NCBI GenBank assembly: GCA_964016885.1 | Contig: OZ024747.1 | Coordinates: 6,572,001 to 6,636,000, forward strand | Reading direction: 5' to 3' | Origin: Eledone cirrhosa | Lineage: Eukaryota | DNA length: 64,000 nucleotides | Shown: piece by piece, positions 1 to 12,869 of the stretch | Numbering within the stretch: the first letter of the stretch is position 1 | Layout: every line of letters starts with the position of its first letter | Made by a program: the position numbers and the translations under genes | The notes under the pieces: generated by a model | What the model saw: only the letters and a program-made list of their open reading frames with translations | What the model was told of the DNA's origin: nothing | Databases searched by the model: none

Positions 1-349
1 CAGACATACACATACACAGATACACACACACACACACACACACAGATACACAGACACACACACACACATACACATACACATACACATACGCAGATACAGA
101 CACACATACACAGATACACTGACACACACACACAGACACACACACACACACACACATATATATACACACACAAAACAACTCATACAAACACAGACACACA
201 CACATCTCAAAATAGCTCAAAGATTTGAAAAAATACTACACGAAAACTCAACGGAACTACTTTTCAACTGCTTACTATAGGTTACGTATTGAACCGGTAT
301 CTATATATATGTATAAATATATATATATAAATATATATATATATGTGTG

Positions 350-383
<34 letters not shown>

Positions 384-573
384 ATAAGTTGACGGACCCG
401 GCGTATTTAACAATGCCATATATATATATATATATATATGACCAAAGATTAGTATGGTTTGTTGATTTCTCAATGAATACAATTTTACAATAGATTAGAA
501 GCACTCAACAAGTATATTTTTCTGGAGTTTTTAATATTATTCAAAATATTAACAAATGAAAAATATTATCATA

Positions 574-661
574 ATCAAAATATATACTTTATTATATATA
601 TTTCAAAGGTACTGTGTTGTTTTTTCAGTACATCCTCATCAGACAAAATATATCATTTGAT
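574..661 (-). ncRNA. Type I hammerhead ribozyme (family A, inverted copy)
   Basis: Near reverse complement of 725-812; stem II GGAUGUACUG/CAGUACCUUU. Confidence 0.8.
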
Positions 662-724
662 ATATGACATATATGACTGGCAATACTGGAATTGAATAAT
701 CAAGACCTTAGCGGTATGTCATAT

Positions 725-812
725 ATCAAATCATATATTTTGTCTGATGAGGACATACTGAAAAAACAACACAGTACCTTTGAAATATATATAATAAAGT
801 ATATATTTTGAT
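725..812 (+). ncRNA. Type I hammerhead ribozyme (family A)
   Basis: AUCAAA-UC-AUAUAUUUUGU CUGAUGA [GGACAUACUG..CAGUACCUUU] GAAA UAUAUA UA / AUAAAGUAUAU-AU-UUUGAU; long stem I, palindromic stem III, intact core. Confidence 0.8.
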
Positions 813-844
813 TGTGAGAATATTTTTCATTTTTTTATATTTTG

Positions 845-895
<51 letters not shown>

Positions 896-898
<3 letters not shown>

Positions 899-1115
899 AT
901 AATAAATGTGAAGACTAAAATCCAAAGAGGGCTCGATAAGGATAAATATATATCAAATATATAAGAACCCTAGAGCAAATATTTATTAAAATAACAGATT
1001 AAAGTTTAAGCAAAGAATCGCTGCTTTCACCCTTAACTGGATCTTCAGAAGATCCCGTTAAGGGTGAAAGCAGCGATTCTTTGCTTAAACTTTAATCTGT
1101 TATTTTAATAAATAT
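896..1115. mobile_element. PLE terminal-repeat-like module, family B, near-perfect palindrome (979-1046 / 1048-1115)
   Basis: Inversion centred on CTTC-A-GAAG inside the hammerhead CUGAAGA box; homologous copies at 29691, 32630 and 56051. Confidence 0.75.
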
Positions 1116-1128
1116 ATATATATATGTG

Positions 1129-1159
<31 letters not shown>

Positions 1160-1161
1160 CA

Positions 1162-1225
1162 CATAAATGTTCATAGTATAATAAACCTTTAAGGAATTAC
1201 ACCAGTCCAGTCTCCTGTTATTTTA
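1162..1225 (+). mobile_element. Fragment of hammerhead module family N (3' part)
   Basis: aataaacctttaaggaattacaccagtccagtctcctgttatttt is similar to the reverse complement of 32890-32936. Confidence 0.55.
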
Positions 1226-1548
1226 TATATATACACACACACACACATATATATGTGAAAAGAACGAAGGACGTGATTAAGCGTTCATCACATATGACAT
1301 TGATTCAACACGATTCGTTATGTCTAGCTATATGTGACATTTTATTTTAGAAAAACGCGTACAGATCGAAACATCTGGCCATTAGTAATTAATCATTTTA
1401 ATACATTATATTATACATACATACACACCTATATATATATGACTAACATTTCCTTAAAATGTGACTGCATACACACGTGCTTTCTCTTAAAATTTGTTCT
1501 CGTTCTTTCCTCTTTTTATTCTATATCTTTCTATTATTAGTCATTCTA

Positions 1549-1585
1549 TCTTCTAATGAAAGTCTAGTGTCCGAAACGTAAAGAC
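1549..1585 (+). ncRNA. Degenerate minimal hammerhead motif
   Basis: UCUU CUAAUGA .. GAAACGUA AAGA; stem I pairs but G5 is changed to A and stem II is poor. Confidence 0.4.
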
Positions 1586-1949
1586 ACTTTTCCTACTATA
1601 TCAAGTGTTAAACTAATATATTTCTTCATTGAACTGTGTTGCTTGCTTTGTTGTTTCCTGGTGATTTCTTACGAATAAAACAGTTCTAGTCCTGTAGAAG
1701 TCAAACAGTGGCCACCTTCCCATTTACATCGGGATTCATTCATTCAAGCCTATACTATAATAACCTAGGATTTTATAACAATATTCTGAACGTGTATTGT
1801 AAAACCACGGATATGAAATTGAACAAAAGTTACTTAAAAATGCATTGTGTTCAGACCTGGAGAGGGATTGGCTCCGCCAGAATTAAAATGCCCAAGAAGT
1901 GCCATATGCCACTACAGCACCTCAACAACACCCTCAGGAATTACAGGAC

Positions 1950-2610
1950 AATACCACACCATACCATACTGTACCATACCATAACATACTATACTATACC
2001 ATACCATACCACACCATACCATACCATACTATATCATACCACACTATGCCACACCATACCATACCATACTATACCATACCATACCATATATACCACACCA
2101 TACCATACTGTACCATACCATACCATACCATACTATACCATACCATACCACACCATACCATACTATACCATACCATACTATACCATACCATACTGTACAA
2201 CACGATACCATACCATACCATACTATACTATACCATACTATACCATACCATACCATACCATACCATACTATACCATACCATACCATACTATACTATACCA
2301 TACTATACCACACCATACCATACCATACCATACTATACTATACCATACTATACCACACCATACCATACCGTACCATACTATACTATACCATATTATACCA
2401 CACCATACCATACCAAACCATACCATACCATACCATACTATACTATACCATACTATACCATGCCATACCATACCATACTATACTATACCATACCATACCA
2501 TACCATACTATACTATACCATACTATACCATGCCATACCATACCATACTATACTATACCATACTATACCACACCATACCATGCCATACCATACCATACTA
2601 TACTATACAT
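1950..2610. repeat. (TACCA)n/(TACTA)n pentanucleotide satellite
   Basis: Direct inspection; explains the YHTIP ORFs. Confidence 0.95.
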
Positions 2611-2637
2611 GAGGCTACACACCTTTAATGGTGAGAT

Positions 2638-2705
2638 AAGGAGTGTGGTCTAGTGGTTAGGTTGTTGCACTGACTATAGTAAGTTGTTGAGTTCAACTCT
2701 GGGTG
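2638..2705 (+). mobile_element. tRNA-derived SINE family 2, head fragment
   Basis: A box gtggtctagtgg and B box gagttcaactc; similar to the head of the 6418 copy. Confidence 0.55.
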
Positions 2706-3013
2706 TTGTCACAACAGTAAAATGGTTTCATGCAACTAAGGTCTGTTGTTTATGATTTCATTGTTATTTACAAGATATTTTGTATTTCTTTCCCTCAACA
2801 ACAACATCAGTTCAATTGAGATGGGTGGAGTCGCTATTTTATTTCTTTGCATTAAACACACACATAAACACACGCACGCGCACACACACACTCACATACA
2901 CATACATACGCACACACGCAAGCACACACGCACGCACACAAACGGACACAAAACACTTACGGACACACAAACACACTCTCGCCTTTGTATCTGTCTTATT
3001 TTCTCTCTCACTC

Positions 3014-3048
<35 letters not shown>

Positions 3049-3489
3049 CTATCCCCCCTCTCTCTCTTTCTATATATATATGTGTATATATATATATATG
3101 TATTTGTAAGCATACATATATATATAAATATATATATATATATAACATATTTATATGTATATATACTTATATAACATATTTATATATATATATATGTGTG
3201 TACAGATACACACACACACACACACACACACACAAAGTGGGCACGGCTTCTCTTGATCATTTCCTTATCCGAAGTCTCGTTTTCCTGTTATATATAGTAG
3301 ATAATTGACACACGTACACACGCACACACACAAACACACACATACGTACACACTCACACATCCATCCATCCATCCATCCATACATACATACATATCTACA
3401 TACAAACATATACTCGTACACTCCACACATTCACTTATACGCCCATGTAAATAGTCACAAACACAGATACACACACCCACCCACACAAC

Positions 3490-3755
3490 ATCATCAACAT
3501 AAACAACCACAACAGTAGCTACTGAAACGGCAACAACAAGCACAACTACAACCACTATGTCATCAACAACGACAACAACAGCAGCAACAATAATAGTAGC
3601 AACAACGACAACAACAACAATAACAACAGCAGCAACAATAATAGTAGCAACAACGACAACAACAACAACAATAACAAAAACAACAACAATAATAGCAGCA
3701 ACAGCAATAGCAACAACAAAAACAAAAACAACAACAACAACAACAACAACAACCA
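3490..3755. repeat. Degenerate (AAC)n microsatellite
   Basis: Direct inspection. Confidence 0.9.
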
Positions 3756-3915
3756 GAATAACCAATACATCAATCCAGATAACTGTTTTATATAAAGATG
3801 TCGTTTGGCGGGAAAACTGGAATGTTTAACGGCGGCCATTTTATCAGCCGGACATTTTTATTCAAAAACAATTTTTCCCAAGCCTTTATTTTATATTTTA
3901 TTTGCAATAATAGAG

Positions 3916-3976
<61 letters not shown>

Positions 3977-4083
3977 GAGGTTATATTTAATTTGTTGGAA
4001 TTCAACAAACTATCCAGGAAGCTCCAACCGTTAAGGTTGTCTTTTTTCCGGGTATGTCAATATTTATTTATAAAACAAATCTG

Positions 4084-4149
4084 TATTTTATCTGATGAAA
4101 GCGCACCATAATTTGCCTTGGTTGTCCTTGAAATATATATAATAAAATA
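4084..4149 (+). ncRNA. Type I hammerhead ribozyme (family P)
   Basis: UAUUUUAU CUGAUGA AAG..ACCA/UGGU..CUU GAAA UAUAUA UA AUAAAAUA; perfect 8-bp stem I; downstream flank shared with 50110-50194 (minus strand). Confidence 0.8.
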
Positions 4150-4214
4150 AATATGGTTTTATAAATAAAGTTTCCATTTATTAATATATTGTATATATAT
4201 AATATATGTGTATG

Positions 4215-4271
<57 letters not shown>

Positions 4272-4673
4272 ATATAATATAATATATGTGTATATATACA
4301 TACACACACACAAACACAGACACACATATATATATATATGTATATATATATATACATATATATATATACTCACACACATATACGTGTGTGAGTATAAATA
4401 TGTATGTGTATATATATATATATATATGTGTTTGTGTGTGTGTATGTATAAATATGTATGTGTATATAAATATATATGTGTGTATAAATATGTATGTGTA
4501 TATAAATATATATGTGTGTATAAATATGTATGTGTATATAAATATATATGTGCATATAAATATGTATGTATATATGTATTTTATGTTCCACTCGCCAAAC
4601 ATTACTTTGCTTCGGAATATGTTTGATGTGTGTGTATTTATGTGTGTATGTGTATGTGTGTGTGTGTGTGCGT

Positions 4674-4759
<86 letters not shown>

Positions 4760-4989
4760 TAGGCGTGTCTATTGGTTGATGTTAACGTTTCTTTCTTTGA
4801 AAAATAGACGAGCGGTAAAAAGTGAGTGAGAATGGAAGATCGTCTGACACACTAAAGAGAACAGATTTCAATTGAGATTCCTAAAGAAATATGTATTACA
4901 GTGATATATCCTCCCTTCTTCCCTTCATTGCAATTCCTCTACACTCCATTTTGACTGTGTCTGCCTGTCTCTCATTCTGTCTTGGCCCA

Positions 4990-5071
<82 letters not shown>

Positions 5072-5471
5072 ATGTAAAAGGTAAACAGAAATAACAACAT
5101 GTCTATCTATCTATCTATATATCCGTCTGTCTGTCTGTCAGTCTAACTATCTTTCTTCCTTCATTTTGTATGTCTGCCTGTCTGTCATTCTCTATTCCCC
5201 AGCTCTCTATCTATCCATCTATCCATCTATCCATCTATCTATCTATCTATCTATCAATCTATCTATCTATCTATCTATCTACTTATCTATCTATCTGTCT
5301 GTCTGTCTATCTAACTGTCTTCTTTTCTAGTTATCTAGCTATTTATCTCCTTCTTCTCCCTCCTCTCCCTCCCACTCTCATTGTGTGAATGAGCTGACTC
5401 AATCGAGGTGGGCCTTGCCTATCTGTTTGTTTCCCTGCCTCTTTAACACTCTCTTCGGCTTTATATTATAT

Positions 5472-5566
<95 letters not shown>

Positions 5567-5568
<2 letters not shown>

Positions 5569-5753
5569 CAAAGGAATTGTGGTAAGGAACCAGATGGACC
5601 ATAACGCACCAGAGTATTCAATACTTAGGGTAGTAGAGTGGGAAATAGGAAAAAGTAAGACCCCGACGGCAGAGCTCAAGCCGTTTCGACGGCTATTTCT
5701 GGGTTCGGAATAGCCGTCGAAACGGCTTGAGCTCTGCCGTCGGGGATTTACTT

Positions 5754-5757
<4 letters not shown>
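5567..5757. mobile_element. Module family D: palindrome (5649-5697 / 5709-5757) made of the 3' half of a hammerhead
   Basis: Hairpin GACGGCUAUU..AAUAGCCGUC, then GAAA CGGC..GCCG UC GGGG; no CUGA box; related fragment at 32746-32797. Confidence 0.65.
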
Positions 5758-5797
<40 letters not shown>

Positions 5798-5871
5798 CGA
5801 AATAAAGTTTAAATATTCATTTTATTAAGGCTAAAAAGTGAGTCTTGTTAATCTGGAGTATATATATATAT

Positions 5872-6141
<270 letters not shown>

Positions 6142-6417
6142 CAATATTGTATGTTTGTCTTGTGTGCGTCATCTTCCTGTTTTTTTCTTACCTTTTTTTT
6201 TACTCTTTTTCCTTTGTGTTCCTGTCAACGTCTAACTCCTGACTCCCCCGCCCCCCACTCACCTCCACCGCACCCCTCACTCAGTCAATACCTCTCCTTT
6301 ATTCCTCCTTTATTCATTCTCACTTCGTGTAGCTCTCGGGGAGATTCAGTGACGAAAGAGATGCGACAATGCTAGCCCTTTGATCTAACTAATGTTTGTT
6401 GTCAACTCAGTTGATTG

Positions 6418-6670
6418 TGGAGGCGTGTGGCCTAGTGGTAAGGGTGTTGGACTTGGGATCGTAATGTCGTGGGTTCGATTCCTGGACTGGGTTCTTTGTT
6501 GTGTTCTTCAACAAAACACTTCACTTCCCGTTGCTCCAGTATACTCTGCTGAAAATGAGAACCAGTAATAGCTGAGACTTTCACCCTGAAATGGACTGAC
6601 GTCTTGTCCCAGAGGGAGCTTTCCACTCTCAGTCGCATCACGCCACGAAAGAGCCCCTGGCTGATGCCCC
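6418..6670 (+). mobile_element. tRNA-derived SINE family 2 (CORE/V-like central motif)
   Basis: A box gtggcctagtgg, B box ggttcgattcc, central motif gtgttcttcaacaaaacactt..ttgctccagt. Confidence 0.8.
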
Positions 6671-6769
6671 TGCAGGCTAGAGGCAGGCGCTAGTCTGTTT
6701 ACTGGAACTAAATGGAATCGAACTCATGACAATACCATCGTGATGTAACCATCCTAACTCTAAATTAGG

Positions 6770-7970
6770 CACACACACACACACACAGAAACACACCACA
6801 CACATGCACACCACACACACCACACACACACCACACACACACCACAAACACCACACACACACACGCAACACACACACCACACACACCACACACCACACAC
6901 ACACCACACACACACACACACCACACACACAGACAGAAACACACCACACACATGCACACCACACACACCACACACACACCACACACACACCACACACACC
7001 ACACACACCACACACACACACCACATACCCCCCCCCCCATATACACCCCACCCCACCCACCCACACACACAGAGAGACACACACACCACACACACCACAC
7101 ACACCACACACACCACACAGACACACACACCACACATACACACACCACACACACACACGCCACACACAGACCACACACACATACACAGACCACACACACA
7201 TACCACACACACACATACCACACACATACACACACACCACACATACACACACACGCCACACACAGACCGCACACACCCACACACACCACACACACACACG
7301 ACACACACACACGACACACACACACAACACACACACCACACACACACACACCACACACACACACACCACACACACACACCACACACACACTACATACACA
7401 CACCACACACGCACACACACCACACACACACACACCACACACACACACCACACACATACACACACACACCCCACACACACACACACCACACACACATACA
7501 CCACACACACACCACACACACAACACACACCACACACCACACCACATACACACACACACCACACACACACACCACACACACACACACCACACACACACAC
7601 CACACACACACACCACACACACACACACACACCCCACACACACACACCCCACACACACACACCACACACACATACACCACACACACACCACACACACCAC
7701 ACACCACACACCACACCACATACACACACACACCACACACACCACACACACACACCACACACCACATACACACACACACCACACACACACACACACCACA
7801 CACACACGACACACACACACACACACACACCACACACACACACACACCACACACCACACACACACACCCCACACACACACACCACACACACACATACACC
7901 ACACACACACCATACACACACACACACACACCACACAGACACCCCCCCCCCCCACACACACACACTCACA
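6770..7970. repeat. Degenerate (CA)n/(CACAC)n tract
   Basis: Direct inspection. Confidence 0.95.
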
Positions 7971-8191
7971 CATGCAATATAATGGCCCGCACCACATGCA
8001 GAAGTCTGTGCATACCAGAGCTTAGCTGATTTCATTTCCTCGTATTTATCATTTAAAAAGTAATTAAACCTAAGAATATTTACTTCCATAAGGACGACTC
8101 CTACATCACACATACATCAACACCTCACACATATCAACACCTCACACATGTCAACATCACACACACGCACACACACACACACATATATTTT

Positions 8192-8235
<44 letters not shown>

Positions 8236-8429
8236 TACATATATATATTCATATTTCGTTTTGATAATCGCTTGAGAGTAAACAAATATGTGTGTGTGTG
8301 TGTAAATGGCGACTCACAGTGTGAGTTCAGTTGGAGACCGTCGCTCTGACAGGACCCGCTGCAAGGAGTGTTTCAGGGCACTACCCCCATGACCTTCTCA
8401 GGAATAAGTGGGCGATAAAGAAGAAGTAT

Positions 8430-8509
<80 letters not shown>

Positions 8510-8512
<3 letters not shown>

Positions 8513-8725
8513 AGTTATGTAATAAACAACATAAGATAATTATTTCATTTACCAGTGGTTTCTTGAAGGCAGAGCTCTGTAGCCTACATAGAGCACTCTT
8601 TTTTCCTGTACCCTTCCGACGGAAATACTTCATTCACACACACATATATATATAAGTATTGAAGTTTCCGTTGAAAATTGAAAAAGTCAGAGGAATGAAG
8701 AGTGCTCTATATCAGTTACAGAGCT
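8510..8725. mobile_element. Module family E: two diverged members in opposite orientation
   Basis: agctctgtagcctacatagagcactctt (8573-8600) versus aagagtgctctatatcagttacagagct (8698-8725); homologous to 57617-57720, where the 8510-8551 segment appears inverted. Confidence 0.6.
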
Positions 8726-8777
8726 AAATATTTAATGTATAATAAACAATACAGTATAATTACAAGGCAATTATAAT

Positions 8778-8860
8778 ATAATTGCCTTGTCTGATGAACG
8801 AATGCGGACCGTTTCTTGTATTCGTCTCATTCGGGAAACCTCTTGTAATGAGGTAATTAT
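8778..8860 (+). ncRNA. Type I hammerhead ribozyme just upstream of the PLE ORF
   Basis: AUAAUUGCCUUGU CUGAUGA [CGAAUG..CAUUCG] GAAA C-CUCUU-G UA AUGAGGUAAUUAU; 13-bp stem I with GU pairs, GUA cleavage triplet. Confidence 0.75.
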
Positions 8861-8914
8861 ACTGTATTGTTTATTATACATTAAATATAAATATATATAT
8901 ATATAAAACAAGTA

Positions 8915-11270
8915 AATAATTTATTATTGAATAAACACAAGCTGAACGACTAAAACACCCAATAACAGTTAATATGAAAAGAACAACATACACAAAAGTT
9001 AACGAACTTTACTGACAGAAACGCATTAACGGTAAGGAAGTCCGAAATCTCACCACAGCAAACGAGAGGGATGGCTTCATGAGCGTCATCCGACGTGAAA
9101 CGAAATACCCCCGAAACGAATGCAATAGGCATTTCAATAAGAAATTAGAATGGATGAATAAGAAAAAACTAGAAGAAAGAAAAATAGAATATTCACAAAC
9201 ATACCCAGATAACATCAACAATATCCGTATGACTGATGTAGAACTACCGGAAGAATTTACCAATGACCACACAGTAAATATTTATGGGAACACTTTAATC
9301 AGTGAACAAGAACAACAAATCCTGCAGCTACCACCAAAATTTGCTATCTACAAAAAGATTAACCCTATTGAGTGCAAAACGGAGCTGGAAAAGTGTTTCA
9401 CAAAAATACGTTGGAATGCAAAAGAAAACAACAACTATACGGACAACAACAACAATAATAACGGTAGTAGTAATATAAACAATAACTCTGAGTATAGAAA
9501 TAACAGCTATAATAGTAATAGTCATAACAATAACAATAGCAGGAGAGTGAGAAATAGTAATAATGGTAATAATATTAACGATAGACAGAACAACAACAAC
9601 AACCACAACAATAATAATAATAGAAACATTAACTACAGACACAGCAGCAGCGACCACAGTAGTAATAACGGTAACAATAATAATAATGCTAATGATAGGA
9701 ACAACAACAACCACCATAATAACAATAATAGCAACACACACAACTATGACGATAGATATAATGACAACCGCTTAGAGAAACTATTCTTCAACCCAGCTGA
9801 CGAAACATATAAGATGGGTAATATCTATCCTACGAGGTTACCCTTTAATAAAAGAGTTTGTATACCACAACAAATAGATGACGAGACAGAGGCACAGTTC
9901 ACCATAGCTAGAAATAAGCTTAGACAAATAGTAGACCGGTATACTAAGAGACAAAGCAGACCAGAGGTCCAACAACTTGGGAGGAAACCTGTAGAAGGCT
10001 TGGTTAGCCTCAAGCAGCGCACAAGGGATGGTGAGGTAGTATGTCTACCCACGGATAAGTCTGGTAGGATGTCAATAGACAGCATGCCGAACTACATCAA
10101 GGCTATGCAACCCCACATCACCAACACGAGCGAAATTGCACAGCAAATACATGATGGGAGAGACAAAATCCTCAACGCTCACATGATGATGTGGACTGAC
10201 ATCCTAAAGCCAAGCAGACGCACTGCCAACAACTTCCAGGCGTCTAACAATGGCCTACCACCCTTGTATGGGCTCCGCAAAGACCACAATACAGTCGACG
10301 ACCCGACAACAGGACCACCAACAAGACCTGTATGCGTAGCAAATATAGCTAGCAACTACAGGATCTCCTACTTCCTCTCAATGGTTATGCGCCCCATAAT
10401 CAAGATGTCCCCAGATGTATGTGACTGTACAGAGGATCTCCTCAGCAGAATCAGTGAGTGCAACAAAAACAGGAACCTATCCAACTGCATAATAGGCAGT
10501 ATGGATGTGGTATCACTGTACCCATCCATTAACATTGATTTTGCTGTGGAAAAATGTGTGGAGATGATCATCGAGAGTGAGGTGGAGTTCTGCGACGTCG
10601 ACACAGACGAACTGGGCCTCCTACTTAGACTTACCTACGACACTGACTACCTAGACAGCCATGACCTTAGATGTTTCTGCCCCAGTAGACCCATAAGAGG
10701 TAGACCCCCCACCATAACCTCAATGGTAAAAAAAGACTCCCATGGGCAGGTGGATTGGGTGGACCAATGCTATACGGACCCCCCAAAACAATGATCAGGT
10801 AAGAAAAATGGCCGCACATGCAATAGGGGCTAGTATCAAAACTACCCTAAAGGGCCACATATTCAAGTTCAAAGAGATCTACACCCAAAATGAGGGAGCA
10901 GCCATTGGCGTCAGCATAGCTGGTGACGTTGCCAACCTTTTTATTGTATGGTGGGAAAGGAGACTCAAAGATGTCCTTGAGGAGAGCTCCATAGACCTCA
11001 TCATGTACTCTCGTTACGTAGACGACATCAATATAGTAATAAGGACATCAAGAGAGCACTAACAAGTTTGATTTAGAACGTAGCACAATGGAAAGCATCC
11101 AGCAGATAGCTAATTCCATACACCAGAGTATAACTGTAACTATCGACTACCCTTCCAAACACCCTAACAATAGACTACCTGTATTAGACACGGAACTCTG
11201 GATTAACACTATAGACGAGAGAGCCCAAATTCTCCACTCACACTATGCTAAACCCATGGCCTCCAAATAT
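8915..11270 (+). mobile_element. Penelope-like retroelement reverse transcriptase, truncated and frameshifted
   Basis: ORFs 9079-10794, 10742-11062 and 11088-11315 carry PLE RT motifs LPTDKSGR, PPLYGLRKDH..PTRPV, SMDVVSLYPSI, QNEGAAIG..ANLF, YSRYVDDI, LPVLDTELW and HYAKPMAS; no GIY-YIG domain seen; in-frame TGA at 9013 and two frameshifts. Confidence 0.9.
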
Positions 11271-11352
11271 CGTTCTACTTTCACTTTTAAAACAAAACCA
11301 AAAATAAAAACATAAATATATAAACAAATAAATAAAGTGAAAAACAAGTGAA

Positions 11353-11421
<69 letters not shown>

Positions 11422-11444
11422 TTATGTATATATATATGTATGTA

Positions 11445-11502
<58 letters not shown>

Positions 11503-11901
11503 GTACACTCAGGAAAATTGTATGTAGACTTCCATCTACTGCGAAACCAGTATAAACATGATAGCGAATATATTTAGTTTCAAGGCGTGGGAAAGCTTCT
11601 AGAGAGCATGTCTTTCTGTCGGTCTGGCTGCCTGTCTGTCTCTCTCTCTTTCTCTCTTTCTCTCTTTCTCTTTCTCTCCCTCTCTCTCTCTTTCACTCAC
11701 TATGTATGTAAGTATGTATATATATGTTCATATGCATACGTGCGTACACACACACACACACACACACATACATACACACACATTTATATATACATACAAT
11801 ACATATATACGCATCCAAGTGCATATATGTTTGTAAATAAACATCTGTATACACACACACACACACATACATATATATATATACATATATATATATATAT
11901 C

Positions 11902-12261
11902 TAGGGCGGGTAAAATTCTCGAGATCCATGGACGAGTTCTCTCCAGCGGTCTCTGTCCCTCATTATCGCTGCCATGTCCTGCGTCTCCAACAGACCAGTG
12001 TCTGTCCTTAGGGCATCAACATACGTTAACCTTGGTCTTCCTCTTCCAGTGTGTCCATGTAGGGGCTCCCACAGGAGCACTGAGTGCAATGTCAACTCTG
12101 GATGTCGGTGAGCATGTCCAGCTAACCTCAGTCTCCTCTGTGTACTTTTGAGCTGACTTTTGGGAGGCTCCCATACAGCTCTGAGTTTTTCATCCTCAGT
12201 GTATACTGATTAATGTTCAGAGCCATCCTCAGCATTCTCGTGTAGCACCCATCCACCATCT

Positions 12262-12262
<1 letters not shown>
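11902..12262 (-). mobile_element. RTE-type LINE 3' fragment, 5'-truncated, in (TA)n
   Basis: RRLRLAGHAHRHPE..LLWEP.HG..GRGRPRLTYVD.L..DTG..MRDRDRW, typical of the RTE/RTE-X C-terminus. Confidence 0.8.
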
Positions 12263-12301
<39 letters not shown>

Positions 12302-12302
<1 letters not shown>

Positions 12303-12771
12303 TATAGAGTAAAGCATGTCCAGAGAATTATTTGATAATATATATACATCATCTCTACTCCCAATCAGCATAATTAACCACACAAAAAATCAATTAGACC
12401 AGGCTATAAGAATAAAAGGCACCTATGAAGAAACAGTAAATAAATACGCCACAGCAGCGTCTTCGCGTCCAACCGCTATAGAATATTTACCCAACATTTA
12501 AACAGCACGTGGAAATTAATTAAATATACAGTCAACCATACATAATTAGGTAAAATTAAAGTTAGAAATGCTTATATACATACCAGGATTAAATCACTAA
12601 ATCCCGACCCATGTGTTTCGCTCACTTTTGAGATACCTTATTAAGGATGAATCTCGAGTTTAGAGCTCTTCACGAGACAAACTCGCTAGGACAGATTATT
12701 TTCCGATGTATATATAAATGTATATGTAAATAATGTATATATGTTATCAAATGATTCTATGGACGTACTTT

Positions 12772-12869
<98 letters not shown>

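Larger units (their letters stand above)
440..852. mobile_element. PLE terminal-repeat-like module, family A, palindromic (arms 534-671 / 715-852), embedded in (TA)n
   Basis: ~138-bp inverted repeat with a 43-bp spacer; each arm carries a hammerhead motif; homologous diverged copy at 55207-55490. Confidence 0.75.

Noticed and set aside
1708-2628. 306-aa ORF rich in YHTIP
   Set aside because: Translation of a pentanucleotide satellite, open in several frames.
6418-6490. tRNA gene
   Set aside because: A and B boxes continue into a SINE body; no acceptor stem.
6677-8113. Long Cys/Val and His/Thr ORFs, and all YI/HT/CV-repeat ORFs in the track
   Set aside because: (CA)n and (TA)n read-through with no domain content.
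8345-8410. Hammerhead-like CUGAGAA..GAAA on the minus strand
   Set aside because: G8 is absent and stems I and III do not pair convincingly.
9013-9015. In-frame TGA in the PLE frame as possible selenocysteine
   Set aside because: The copy also has two frameshifts and I see no SECIS; a nonsense mutation is the simpler explanation.
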